Of a stretch of 64,000 bases of DNA, positions 42,339-55,040 are shown piece by piece (within the stretch, counting starts at the first letter, position 1; each line of letters starts with the position of its first letter). The position numbers were made by a program, and so were the translations under genes. The notes below the pieces were generated by a model. It was not told the origin of the DNA, did not search any database, and saw nothing but the letters and a program-made list of their open reading frames with translations. Source of the stretch: Utricularia gibba (lineage: Eukaryota; Plantae; Magnoliophyta); contig NEEC01000018.1 of the NCBI GenBank assembly GCA_002189035.1, forward strand, positions 2,356,001-2,420,000, in the 5' to 3' direction.

Positions 42339-43208
42339 ATGGGGAGTAGTGAACTAACGAATGATGTTGAAATGGATGAAGAGGTTGATCCTGAGGTTTC
42401 TGAATCGGAATCTGAAGAAGATGAAGACGTGAAGTTGGATGAGCCGTCGAAAACTGCGGTTTATGACAGGAGTGGTTTGATTGACAAGCTTGAAGATATT
42501 CGTTGGCCGGAAAATGTAGACTGGATTCAAAGGCTTTCGATTGACATTGTTCAGGAACAGGAGGTGGATGTGAATGATGACCTCACTCGGGAGCTTGCTT
42601 TCTATACACAGGCACTTGAAGGGTCAAGACAGGCTTTTGCGAAGTTTCAACAGATGGGTTTGCCCTTCTTGAGACCTTCCAACTATTATGCAGAAATGGT
42701 GAAATCGGATACACATATGGAGAAAGTGAAGAGCCGCCTCTTGGCGGAAAAGAGGAAATTGGAGGAGGCTGAGGAGAGAAAGAAGGCAAGAGAGAACAAG
42801 AAGATGGCTAAGGAGATTCAGGCACAGAAGATGAAGGAGAGGGCTAAACAGAAGAAAGAGGACATTGAATCTGTAAAGAACTGGAGAAAGCAGAGGAAGC
42901 GAAGTGGTTTTGCAATGGACGATAAAGATGGTGATCTAAACTTCGATTTTGACCATGAGAAACCATTCCAAAGATCAGCAAAGAAAAGGCCAGGGGTGGC
43001 TCCTGGAGATCGGACGGGTGGCAAGGCAAAACTAATTGGTGGGAAGGGCAAGAAAGGGTTTGATAAGAAGAGGAAAGATAAAGATCAAAAGAGCGCCAAG
43101 TTTGGATTTGGGGGAAGGAAAGGCTTGAAAAAGCAGAACACTTCGGAGACAACTAATGATTTTAAGGGTTTTGGTAGAAATAATCATTCCAAGAGCAAGA
43201 AAAACTGA
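42339..43208 (+). CDS. EBP2: rRNA-processing protein EBP2
   Basis: Single coding exon from ATG 42339. VDVNDDLTRELAFYTQAL, FLRPSNYYAEMVKSDTHMEKVK, Lys-rich C-terminus with KFGFGGRKGLKKQNT. Confidence 0.95.
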   Translation: MGSSELTNDVEMDEEVDPEVSESESEEDEDVKLDEPSKTAVYDRSGLIDKLEDIRWPENVDWIQRLSIDIVQEQEVDVNDDLTRELAFYTQALEGSRQAFAKFQQMGLPFLRPSNYYAEMVKSDTHMEKVKSRLLAEKRKLEEAEERKKARENKKMAKEIQAQKMKERAKQKKEDIESVKNWRKQRKRSGFAMDDKDGDLNFDFDHEKPFQRSAKKRPGVAPGDRTGGKAKLIGGKGKKGFDKKRKDKDQKSAKFGFGGRKGLKKQNTSETTNDFKGFGRNNHSKSKKN

Positions 43209-43841
43209 TGAAGAAAAGCTATGTAGCTAGCTGGAGTGGTGTATTAGTCCATGCCTTTCTTAGAGCAGTGTCTCCAATTTTGTTTGATCCTACCCCGTTG
43301 CTTTTATCTTGTTAAACTATGACCGTATTAATTTTAATCATCGATTGATTATCAATCTTTGTATTGGTGAAATGTCTCTCTGCTCATAGCTTTCTAGCTG
43401 GAGTTTGAATTTTCGAAATCCTTGATGACTTTGGTCTGCACATGCAGTATGCTGATGAACTTATGGCATAAGCTTCCTAAATGGTGCATTATTCGAACAT
43501 TGTTGATTTCATCAATGCGGGTACGTTTTTGAAGATTAATCTTTGCCTTCGTGCGCATTACTCGATGCTTTTTTTTATATATTTAGGCACTTGGCAGTTG
43601 TTTGATGTGAATTTATCGCGCTATTTCGTAGGATAAGGCAACAATTGTAGTGAAGTGAAATTTTATTACAGCTTCTACTAGAAAACTTGACAATGATATA
43701 AGGTAATGACGAATTACAGAATCCAGTAGATACAAACTTCCAAGAACGTACCTGCATTCCCGAGTTAGAAAGCTATAAGGTGAGACGTCGATGCCAAGCA
43801 AAGAGGATAAGATCCTGCAAGCTTGAAGATTGCACATCCCT

Positions 43842-45526
43842 CTACTTCTGCCCTTTCCTTAGCAGTACACCTATCTTCTTCAGCATGTTCGTATTTCTCT
43901 TCTTCGGGGAGTCATCCTCAGTATCCTCTAACGGCATGGAGCTGCTCATCATGTTCCCAAGTCCTTCTCCTCCATATTTTTCATTGTCTCCAGCAGTTAG
44001 CATTGCAGCAGCTGCCTCAGCAGCCTTTCTCCATTGATCATATTGCACCTTTATTCTTCCCAACTCGGCTTCCACCTGTGCTTTTGATGCCCGAGCTGCA
44101 TCCAGCTCTTTAATAAGAAGATCAGCTTGTCCAAAACTCGAGTTCAGTTCCACGAGGGAATCCTTGGCATTACTTTGGTCATTCTTGGTCTTTGAGATTT
44201 CAGATTTCAGCTTCTCATTCTCATCAGACATTCTTTGCATCTCCATATCTTTCTCAACAAGTTCAGATTCTCTGTTAGCCTCCTGGTCTAGCCTCTGTCC
44301 ATTGATCCCCATTGCAGCCAACATTTTCCTGAGTTCTTCAACTTCAGCCATGGATTGATTTAGCTTGGCTCTTGATTCGGATTCTTCCGACCGATATGCA
44401 GACTTCATTTCCTCTAACATTTGATAGGCATTTCTTATCTCTAAAGTGCTATGCATGTACTCATTCTGATACTTCATCTCAGCTTCCTTGACCGCTGCTC
44501 TCAAGCGTCTGACCTCACTTTTCAGGACAGAAATCTCAGATTCATCTTCTTCCCCCTTCGTAACGAGTTCCGGGCATTCTCCGAGGGGATCAGTTTATTC
44601 TTGGACTCCTCCAGCTCCAACAGCAATGCATTGTGGGATTCAAGTGCTTTAGCAAGCTTCAACTTCAATGTTTCCTCGGAAGTTCTAATGGCTTCATTCT
44701 CTCTTTGAACCAGCCGAAGGTCCTTCATCACCAGAGCTTCGGACTGCCTTGCACTGTTCAACTGCAACTTGAGATCCTCAGCCAGTAAAAGTGTTTCCCG
44801 AAGTTCATTTCTTAAACTATGAACCTCGGCAGCTTGACGAGCCTCCAACTGGGGAGCCTTCCCCAACTGAATCTTGAGTCTGTTCATCTCATTCATAGCA
44901 GATGCCAAAGCAGTAGAAGTCATCAACTGCTGCTGCTTCACAGCATCAAGCTCGGATTGCCACGCTTTATCCCTATCATGCGCTATCTTGCACAACTCCT
45001 GCACCCGATCTTCCTCAGATTTTGAGAGTTCATCTAACTGCTGCTCCGTGTACTCGAGTTTCACAGACATTGCAGACAATTTCCTCTTCGCTTCTTCAAC
45101 CTCCCGTTGATATCTTGCCTTCAGCGTCTCACTCCACCTCAGCTGCTCCTTAGCCTTCTTCAGCTCAACTTGGAGATCAGCTAGCTGAGATTCCATTTCG
45201 GTGTCTTTGCTTATCTTTTTGTTCTGCTTGTGGAATCGAAGGAATGAGTTCCCAGAAATCAAACCAGGTACAAACAAGCACTTGCTGTACATACCTCGGA
45301 AGACACCTTGCGTTCAGCACCTTCAGCTCCTCTGTGTTTGCCACCGGCGTCAGATGCCGGAGATTTGAGCTTCCGGGGAGCTTTCGCCACGAAATTAGAA
45401 GGTTGATCGAAGCAACCAGACCTTGCCTCAGAAGCGGTTTCACATTCAGACATGCGGGAAGAAGTGCCAGAAAAGGCATAGAGTAGCTAAGAATTGAGGA
45501 AATTACCTTGATCCAGAGCTCTGCAT
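43842..45526 (-). CDS. ICR: Interactor of constitutive active ROPs (ICR2/3/5, RIP/MIDD1-type) coiled-coil protein with internal frameshift
   Basis: Micro-exon MQSSGSR (45526-45507), exon 45421-45295, then a long coiled-coil exon ([68 protein letters not shown]). Frame changes at about 44525-44594. Confidence 0.9.
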
Positions 45527-46503
45527 GATTCAATATACGTCTGAAACAAGACACATACTGCCAAAAGGAACAGAATCAAAACATTGGAAGCAACTAGCAA
45601 ATAAAACTTGCTAGTAAACAGCATCACCGCCACCGCCCATTACCAGAAAAACACATGGAGGAACAAGAGAAAAGGACCCAAGAGAACACATAGAAAATTG
45701 CAAAAATGAACAGGTGAAAAAGACCAAGCGGAGTAGCTATCAAAGAATATACATACAGGGAGAGCTTTCTAGCAGGATACTACCTCACTCCCTTCTTGTC
45801 CATCCCTCGTTTTCTCACCACTACACACGTTTAGAAGTGAGCAGGATTCTGATCAACTCCTTCAAGTTGGTGATTACACCGCATCAGTTCTGCTCTAAAA
45901 AAAATATATGTGTCACTGCTACATTTATCTCCATAGAAGTCAGGAAGAAAAAGACAAACACCCCACAGAGTGGTAAAAGTGGACTTTTGAACATCCCATG
46001 TGCATCTCCTATTCTTATTGCGAACATTCACACTAAGTTCCGCTCACCTGACCAATCAAATTCAATCAGTGGTCATTTCAATTGATTGGATTTATGTTTC
46101 CTAACAAATAAGAAGGCCATGAATTGTGAATAGGCGTGTGCTGGGTAGATTCTCCTGTACGGCAGTGTCATAAATGAGGGCGCAGGTTGGAGTAGATGGA
46201 TGTCCCCTGCGTCAGCCTTCAATGGTTCCAACCACCCCCAGGTGAAAAAAAAAACATATATATATATGAATGACCCTGTGACGTGTGACGGTAATTTCTG
46301 TTTTTACACACGCCACCGCTGCACTGAAATTCGGAAGAGAATGCGTCGGCTAGCCCAATGGGCCGGCCCAGCTCGCGTTGCAGGGCCACATCATAATAAC
46401 CAAACGGGCTACAAGCCCGGGCCTCAGCCATGGACCCGACCCGAAACTTGATCCCATTTGGAAATTTCCGAGTCCTCGAAGCAACCGAAGAATAATAACG
46501 AGG

Positions 46504-46725
46504 TGCGCCGGAGTAGGGCACCCCGACATCGCGAGTCAGTCTGACGCTCCCGTTGCTCAAATGTGCGTCGCCGATGAGCTTCAAGTTTGGCAAGGTCAGT
46601 GTACCGAAATCAAAATCTAGGGTCGCCGTTGGACCGATGCCGGAAAAGATGACAAAAACCGTGAAACAGACGATAAACTCGCCGGAGGACCCAGAAAATT
46701 GGGTGGGTTTTGAGGAGGAGCACCT
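46504..46725 (-). pseudogene. 5' remnant of an L-type lectin receptor kinase (LecRK-VIII.1-like)
   Basis: One frame reads ...GEFIVCFTVFVIFSGIGPTATLDFDFGTLTLPNLKLIGDAHLSNGSVRLTRDVGVPYSGA (signal peptide plus start of legume-lectin domain). Similarity stops at 46504; no in-frame ATG is present upstream (stop codon first); no lectin core, TM or kinase follows. Confidence 0.8.
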
Positions 46726-47064
46726 GCAACTGCTGAGGACTCAACTCAGACCGGATGTAAAAAAGAGAGAGACGGACGTTGTCGCCACGTGCGGCTCCCA
46801 GCGGTCACTTCGAAGTTCGAATTCCATAAAAAAGAAAAAGAGATGCATTGGGTATAAATGGTGGATGCTGGCGCCAAACGGTAGTGTGCGCTGTACTGCT
46901 GCAAAAGAGACGGTTAGCCGCCGTAACACCAACCGTTAACCGTTGTGTGGGCTTATTCATATGCTGGAATTGGATCCAGTTAAGTGGGCCGATCGGGCTT
47001 TTGTGAACAGAATAGAACAAAAGCCCTAATACAGACAGCTCAGCATAATAAGGAAGCTCCACCT

Positions 47065-50000
47065 ATGGTAATAAAGCGTTTCCGAGGATTAGCCGTTGCA
47101 AGTTATCGAGCCGTTGTTGTTCCCCGCCCCACTTCGCAAAACCCTACGTTTCACCTCTCCGCCCGCCGCCGATCTGATTATTTCTCGGTATTCGCCGTTG
47201 GAACCCTTGCCTACCTTCTGTTTTTTATTTCTGATCCTTCCTTTGTTTGTACTTTTGATACTGATGACGATGTAGTCTATAGTTCCACTGTTTCTTATTA
47301 ATATTTTCCTTTTATTGCTGATGGTATAGGCGGGCAGTGGAATGGATTCTCAAGAGCAGACTGCAGAGTCGATTGAAAAGAAGAAGAAGAAAGAGGAAAA
47401 GGTCGTTGGTGTTCCTTCTTTTTTTAGTTTAGGAAATTCATTTGACCATGAAGGTTTCAATACTAAATTTTGTTTCTGGGTTCATATAGTAGGTAAAATG
47501 TTGGTTCGTTCGATCAAATGAAGCGCTAACCATCCAATTACCTGCTTTGCAATTTTTTTTTTTTTTTTGGATAGGCTCGAGAAAAGGAGTTGAAGAAGCA
47601 GAAGGCTGCCCAAAAAGCAGAAGCTGCAAAGCTTCAGGTTAATCTAGCCCGTTTTCTATTGATCAAATCCTAAGGATCTCTCTCATGATTTGTTACCTTA
47701 CGCCATGCGTATATAATAGGCACAAAAGGCTTCCAGTATTCCGGATTCTGGGAAAAAGAAGAGTTTGAGGAGAGAAACTAATGCTGAAAACTCTGAGGAC
47801 TACAATGACCCTGAAACCCCTGTGGGTAGTAAAAAAAACCTGTCACGCCAAATGGCAAAGACTTACAGTCCCAGTGCTGTTGAAAAATCGTATGACTATC
47901 ATATTTCCATTCTTTGGCCCTCATTCTAACATGAAATAATTATCTTTTTATTATTGCGCTGATCTCTTTCGTAGGTGGTATGAATGGTGGGAAAAATCTA
48001 ACTTCTTTGTGGCTGACTCGGATAGCTCCAAACCACCGTTTGTCATAGTGAGTTTCTGGAGTTTCGTGGGCTCCTGCATCTTTTTATCAGAGGGCTAAGA
48101 AAACAAGTATTGTTTTTAAGTGTTTTTGTTTCGTGCATTTTCTATAGGATTTTTCAACAAAAATAATTTTCTTGATTTAGTTTTTTTTATTGAAATAATC
48201 CGTATGGTTAACTGGCAGAATGAAGTCTAGAGCTTTCAGTATCGAATAGATTTCTCAGGTGCAACATTAGTATTTCTATTAAGTTCTGCCACTTTCATTT
48301 TGTGTAAGGTTTTTCCACCACCAAATGTTACGGGGGCACTCCACATTGGTCATGCGCTGACTACTGCAATCCAGGTTTCCTGATCAAATATGACTGGGTA
48401 CCCACCCAGTTTATCTTTTGCGGCTTCATTATAATGAATTATTGACATCTTAGTTTCTCCTCAACAAGAACTGCCTCCTTGCTCCAGGATACTATCATTC
48501 GGTGGAGACGAATGTCTGGCTATAATGCATTGTGGGTGCCTGGAACTGATCACGCTGGAATTGCCACTCAGGTCAGTCACTGTGTTTTTTGGACCCCTGT
48601 TTTTCTCTACTGTGTGAGATGTATAGCTCTATTAATTCAGAGGAGGTTCAGGAATGGAAAAAATTCATTTGGGTCATCCAGTAAGATGCATTATGTGATA
48701 CCACCAATATATGTTGGGTTTTATGTTTGTATAGACACGTTTTTGAGGTTGTTCATTATGCTCATCTGACAGGTTGTGGTGGAGAAGAAAATTTATCGAG
48801 AAAGGAAATTAACGAGGCATGATGTTGGCCGTGAAAACTTTGTTGAAGAAGTGAGTAAAGTTTTAAGATATTTCTATGTGTTGCACTCACTAGACCTATA
48901 AATTTAAATATCTGTTATCAGAAAAGTTGGTTAGCTGACTTCTCTGCATTGTGAAAAAAAAGGTCTGGAAATGGAAGAATCAGTACGGGGGCACCATTCT
49001 AAAACAACTTCGGCGCTTAGGAGCGTCCATTGATTGGTCTCGTGAGGTGAAACCCTTTTTAGTGAACCCTCGGTCTTGTTTGAATGTGGCATACTTGTTA
49101 CTTGCATGATGGCTGGCCATGTATTTTCCTTTTTGTGATCACTAAATAATTTTGTATATAGTGCTTTACAATGGATGAGAAGAGATCTATAGCAGTGACT
49201 GAGGCCTTTGTAAGACTTCACAAGGAGGGCTTGATATATAGGTATGGCGGTAATACATTTTATCATACCTATAGCAATGCCAAAAGATAGATCCGGTGCC
49301 AGTTTATCCCCTGAATCCAACTTCTTCCCTTTCTGAGGATATGCGTACCATCACCTTCATATGGGTTTCCTATCGTGAACGTTATCGAGTTATGAAATTC
49401 ATGTCATTTGAAGTCTCAAGTCAACTTTAAACAGTGCACATATTCTTTTCTCTTTAGGGATCTGCGACTGGTGAACTGGGATTGCGTTTTGAGGACTGCT
49501 ATATCTGACATCGAGGTATGTTCCTTCCCAATATTTTCTAAGTGGCCCCAGTTCTTATTGACGTGTTTTGATGTTTCTTTCAGGTAGAATATATTGATAT
49601 CAAAGAGAGAACTCCTTTGCGGGTTCCTGGATATGAGAAGCCTGTCGAATTTGGAGTTCTGACATCCTTTGCTTATCCTCTGGAAGGAGGGTTGGACGAA
49701 ATTGTCGTGGCAACTACACGAGTGGAAACTATGCTAGGGGATACTGCAATTGCGATTCATCCAGAAGACCCTAGGTATTGGCATATTCATGGAAAATACG
49801 CCATCCATCCTTTTAATGGTAGGAGGCTTCCTATAGTTTGTGATGCTGTTCTTGTTGACATGAATTTTGGAACTGGGGCTGTCAAGGTAAGTTGTCTAGA
49901 TATGTCATTTCATCTCCACTTTATTTAATGCTGATAAATTTTATTTTGCAGATAACTCCTGCCCATGATCCAAATGATTTTGAGGTTGGAAAGCGGCATA

Positions 50001-53000
50001 ATCTCGAGTTCATTAATATTTTTACAGATGATGGCATGATAAATAGCAATGGTGGCTCAGTATTTGTAGGAATGCCTCGCTTTAAGGCCCGTGTGGCTAT
50101 AACTGAAGCATTGAAGGAGAAGGTACCACTTTTTGAAGATTGGACTTTTATTTGGTATCTAAAATTATCTGTGTTTTCATTGATGCATTAATTTTCACTT
50201 GAAGGGACTCTATAGAGGCGACAAAAATAATGAGATGCGTCTCGGTGTTTGTTCAAGAAGTAATGATGTTGTGGAGCCGCTAATTAAGCCCCAGTGGTAT
50301 GTCAACTGTAAAAGCATGGCAGAAGAAGGTCTTGATGCCGTCATGAATGATTCCAACCCTAGAATGGAGATCATCCCAAAGCAATATGTAGCTGAATGGA
50401 AGAGGTGCTTTTGAATCGTGCATTAGTTTCCTTTCCGTACCTTCAGTTGAGTTTATGTGGTTCAATTTTTTCCCTATTGTTTGCCTCTTTACAGCACCTT
50501 GAGTTTCTAGATAGTACAATGTTGTCACTTCCTGCGTTGGTTAAGCATATTGATCGATCACTTGGATTTATGTGTTGTAGATGGCTTGAGAATATCCGTG
50601 ATTGGTGCATTTCAAGGCAACTTTGGTGGGGTCATCGCATTCCTGCATATTATGCAGTTTTGGAAAATGATGAACTTAAGGAACTTGGTGCATACAATGA
50701 CCACTGGGTGGTTGCAAGGAGTGAAAAAGAGGCCGAGGAGGAGGCGAGGAGACTGTTTGATGGTAAATCATTCCAGCTCTTTCAAGATCCAGATGTCCTG
50801 GATACTTGGTTTTCTTCAGGCCTTTTTCCATTATCTGTACTGGGGTGGCCAGATTGTACAAGCGATCTCAAAACATTTTATCCAACATCTGTGCTTGAAA
50901 CGGGTCATGATATTCTCTTTTTCTGGGTTGCTCGCATGGTTATGTTGGGTATGAAGCTTGGAGGTGATGTCCCATTTAGAAAGGTTAGTGAAGGGATTTC
51001 TATTTTCCTATTGCTAAAACTTTGTGTTTTCTGGCCAAAAATTGCATGACTCAGGTTCCTATTTAAAAAAAAATGCATGATATTACAGAACCTGGCCCTT
51101 AGAATGAAAAGAAAATGAAAATCTTCTAGGAGCCTAGTGTTTCATCCATTTTAATCATGTATTTCCTCCTGATTTTCTAGTAATGCTCAGTTTGCTGTAT
51201 TTAGGTTTACTTGCATCCTATGATTCGTGATGCCCATGGACGCAAAATGTCCAAGTCACTTGGAAATGTTATCGACCCTTTAGAAGTGATTAATGGAATC
51301 ACGCTGAGTGGTCTTCAGAAAAGGTTAGAAGATAGCAATTTGGATCCCAAGGAACTGAAAACTGCTAAAGAAGGGCAAGCAAAAGATTTTCCGGATGGCA
51401 TTCCTGAATGTGGCACAGATGCTTTGCGATTTGCACTTGTATCATACACTGCTCAGGTTCATAGTTTTTATACTTATTTTCTGCGGTATATTGACCAGAG
51501 TTGACATTTTGTATTGATATTTCTCTTGTTACAGTCTGACAAAATAAACCTGGATATCCAAAGGGTGGTGGGATATCGACAATGGTGTAACAAGCTGTGG
51601 AATGCTATCCGATTTGCCATGAGCAAACTTGGCGAAGATTATATTCCTCCATCAGATATTATCCCAGAAACCATGCCTTTCATCTGCAAGTGGATACTTG
51701 CTGTTCTCAACAAAGCTATATCAAAAACTGTGGCGTCCTTAGAATCCTATGAATTCTCAGATGCTGCAACCGCAGTGTATTCATGGTGGCAGTTTCAGTT
51801 GTGTGATGTATTTATTGAAGCAATTAAGCCATATTTCTCTGGTAATGACCCAGCTCTGGAGTCATCACGAAGAAGTGCACAGTACACGCTGTGGTTATGT
51901 TTGGACAATGGCTTGAGATTACTTCATCCTTTTATGCCATTTGTCACTGAAGAACTATGGCAGCGTCTTCCTTGTAGGAAGGATTCTGTGAGGAAAGAAT
52001 CAATAGTAATAGCTGAGTATCCGTTGGTTATACAGGTAAGCTTGCCGTAGAATCATACCACTACATGTGGTATATAGTTCATTCTAACATGATAATTTTT
52101 CGCACTTGCACAAGCATGTATTGCGTTCTTTAAGTGGTCTTTCAGTACTCCAAGTTAATCATTCGATTCTTTCTTTTATCATTTCACATAATGTCGTGAT
52201 GAAGCAGCTTAGTTCCTCGTCTTCAGGATTGGGCCAATGATGAGGTGGAGTTGGAGATGAGCGTGATCGAGTCTGTAGTGAAATCACTTAGGTCCCTCCG
52301 TGCACAGTTGGCGCCTGATGAGCGATATGAAAGGTAAATGATATTTGATGATGATATGAAAGGTCCTTCTAGCACCTCTAGTTATCAACTGCTATATGCT
52401 TGCACGCTGAACCATTTTGTTTTATTTGTTCTGTCCAGGCGAGCAGGTTTCGTTCGGTGCCGTACAAGGGATGCGTGCCACGCCATCAAGAGGCACGACA
52501 TGGTGATAAGCACCCTTGCTACATTATCCTCCCTAGATGTAAGCCGTCCTTCTGCATCATAACCTCTGGGCCTTCGCATATGCTGGCTGCATACTGCTCC
52601 TGCTTCATTTTACGTCTAAGCCTTATCTTCAGGTCCTGAGTGAGAATGACGAGACTCCGGTCGGCTGCATTGTTGATGTGGTCAATGAATCTCTCTCAGT
52701 ACACCTTAAACTTAGAGGCGCAATTAACGTGGACGCTGAACTTGAAAAACTTATAAAGAAGATGGAGGAAGTGCAAAGGTGAGGGCGAAACTTCATTCTA
52801 CAGTTTCCGGGATCCTCCCACTGAGCCTTATCTGATTCCTCTCACAGGCAATACGATGCGTTGATGAAGAAAACTACTGCTACTTCATATCAGGAAAAGG
52901 TTCCGGCACGCATCCGTGAAGCGGATGAAGCAAAAATGGCTTCACTTTTGCAGGAACTGTTGTCGTTCAAGGAGGCCGGCGAGAATCTTGAACGCGAAAT

Positions 53001-53025
53001 GTCTGAAGCTGCTGCTGCTCCCTGA
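47065..53025 (+). CDS. TWN2: Valyl-tRNA synthetase, cytosolic/mitochondrial, two in-frame start codons
   Basis: Multi-exon. [59 protein letters not shown] motifs; ATG 47065 (presequence-like exon) and ATG 47342 are in frame; stop at 53023-53025. Confidence 0.97.
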
Positions 53026-55013
53026 AACCACGGCTTTGGTTTCGGGATCTTCATTGTGCATTTCAAGTTTCTATTATTTTTGACCTGGGTTTTCTATGTG
53101 ATCCATGGATATTTGTCGCCCAATTCCTGGTTACAGTTCACCATGATATCTCCCAAAAGGTAAAAAGTTGAAGAGGCAGTTGACTGTTGAGGGCCGGTAT
53201 CGCGGCAATGTGGAGGCACATGACAGAATAAATGTACTGGTGCTTACATAAATTCGTATGATGATTAAGTTTTGACCAGACCGGTTCTGTGAAGCAGACG
53301 GATTAACTCAACTCGTAGAACACCCCCGAGGCGAGGCGAGGCGAGGCCTGCGTCTGAGTGCTGTTTAACCCACGCAGAGACTTGTCGGGAGCCGCAGTCG
53401 TCACATACAGCAGCCCGCAGAAGCAGGAGCAGCAGCGGCAGCAGAGTGGCCGGCCTGGCCTCAAGCACTGCTATCCTCGGAAGTCCCCGATTCGATTCGA
53501 TTGCATGAAACCGGCATTTAGTGCAGTTATTAGGCATGTGTTTGTGGGTGATTAGGGCGCCCGACCGCCGGCGTGTCGCCATCGGCTCTCACACACAACG
53601 ACAAAGACACTAGGGGTGTGGGGCCCGCACGCGCCCTTTGTCTTGCTTCTGTGAGATCCTGCAGCGCAGCTGGGCCTCACTGTCCAGTGTCCGTCCACTC
53701 ACCCCCACACCCCTCTCCTTTTCCCCTAAACCACCACTGATTATTGTTGTTACGAAAGGTCATTAGGGTTTATTAAAGCTCGGGTTTGTTGCAGCGTGTC
53801 CCTGTGCCATCTCCATCAGCCCCTGCAGTGTTCCAACTCGAGCGAGGGAAAGAAAGAAAGAAAGAAATGTGTGAGTCGAGTCCGTGAGCGATGATGGCGT
53901 GGCCGGGTTAGCAAGTCATGATTGCGGGTAAATTCAATGCTGCCCCTCGGAATTCTCTTTCCATTCCAGCACTGTGCCGTGCATTATCTGTGTGTTGCCA
54001 CCCCGGGCCGGGGCCGGCCTCTCCACCACACACAGAGTGAGTGATGCAATCTATGTAGAGGAGATGAGTGCAACTGTGTCTAACAACGTCTGGGAGACAT
54101 AGGATTGGCGCATGACACTTGTGAAAAACATAACATATGCGGCGCGGCAGCTATGAAACTGGCCTTGGGATGAATGAATTAGGGGCTGTCGTGGGAGGCC
54201 AACGCAACGCAACGCACACATGCTGGCAAGGGGCTAGGCCCACCCCTACCCTCGAAACTCTAGCAGCACCGTCTATTATTACTATTACTTTTATATAACA
54301 AGAGCAAATACGAGTATGTATACACACAAGGGCAAGTATTTGTGTTGTACAAGATCTCTCTCTACTGGCCACTGGGCACTGGGCACTGCCCACTGGGGCA
54401 TGACATTGGAATGATTCCGGGAGCAGGGGGTGCAGCGCAGGAGAGGATCGTCGTTTAGTCGCGGGTGCCGGCGGTGCAGTGGCGATAGACTGATGAGTTG
54501 GTTTTCGGGTTCGGTTTTGACGAGTTAAGTGGCGATTCTCAGATTCCAGACAGGGCTTTTCTCAGGTCCTCATCACTCTTTACTCCCTCCCCCCACCTCT
54601 CTCCTCATAAATTTAAATTCTCCCCCTCCCCCCAGCCCATAAGATAAGAAGAAGAAGAAGAAGATGATGATGATGATATTGGAGGTTGGATGATACAACG
54701 TAACGACATCTATGGCGTGTGTCATGAATATTCCAGTTTTCATGCCCAGCATGTGCTAAGATTTTAAATCCTGCGGACCAGCTCACCCGACCCTTTCGAG
54801 TTTCATTAAGACATGGATGGATGGAAACCCATTCATTCCTACCTACAACTCCATGTTTGTGTTAGATTAGATTAGAACAAAGGCATGCATCAGGCAGCAG
54901 CGTATCCAGGTGGCTTGATGCTCAGCTAAAAGTGCTTCTTTGAGGATGGGTTGGGGTGCGAACTGTGAAGGGAGGGCGTGTCTGCGATGCGATGCGATGA
55001 CTGAGGATTTCGT

Positions 55014-55040
55014 GGGCGGGGTGGGTGGGTGGGGTGGGGG
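55014..55040 (+). other. G-quadruplex-forming motif upstream of ARF
   Basis: GGGcGGGGtGGGtGGGtGGGGtGGGGG: six G-tracts with 1-nt loops. Confidence 0.6.

Noticed and set aside
45224-45229. NAGNAG tandem acceptor in ICR (also at the last MOS11 exon)
   Set aside because: Common feature changing one residue; no sign of significance.
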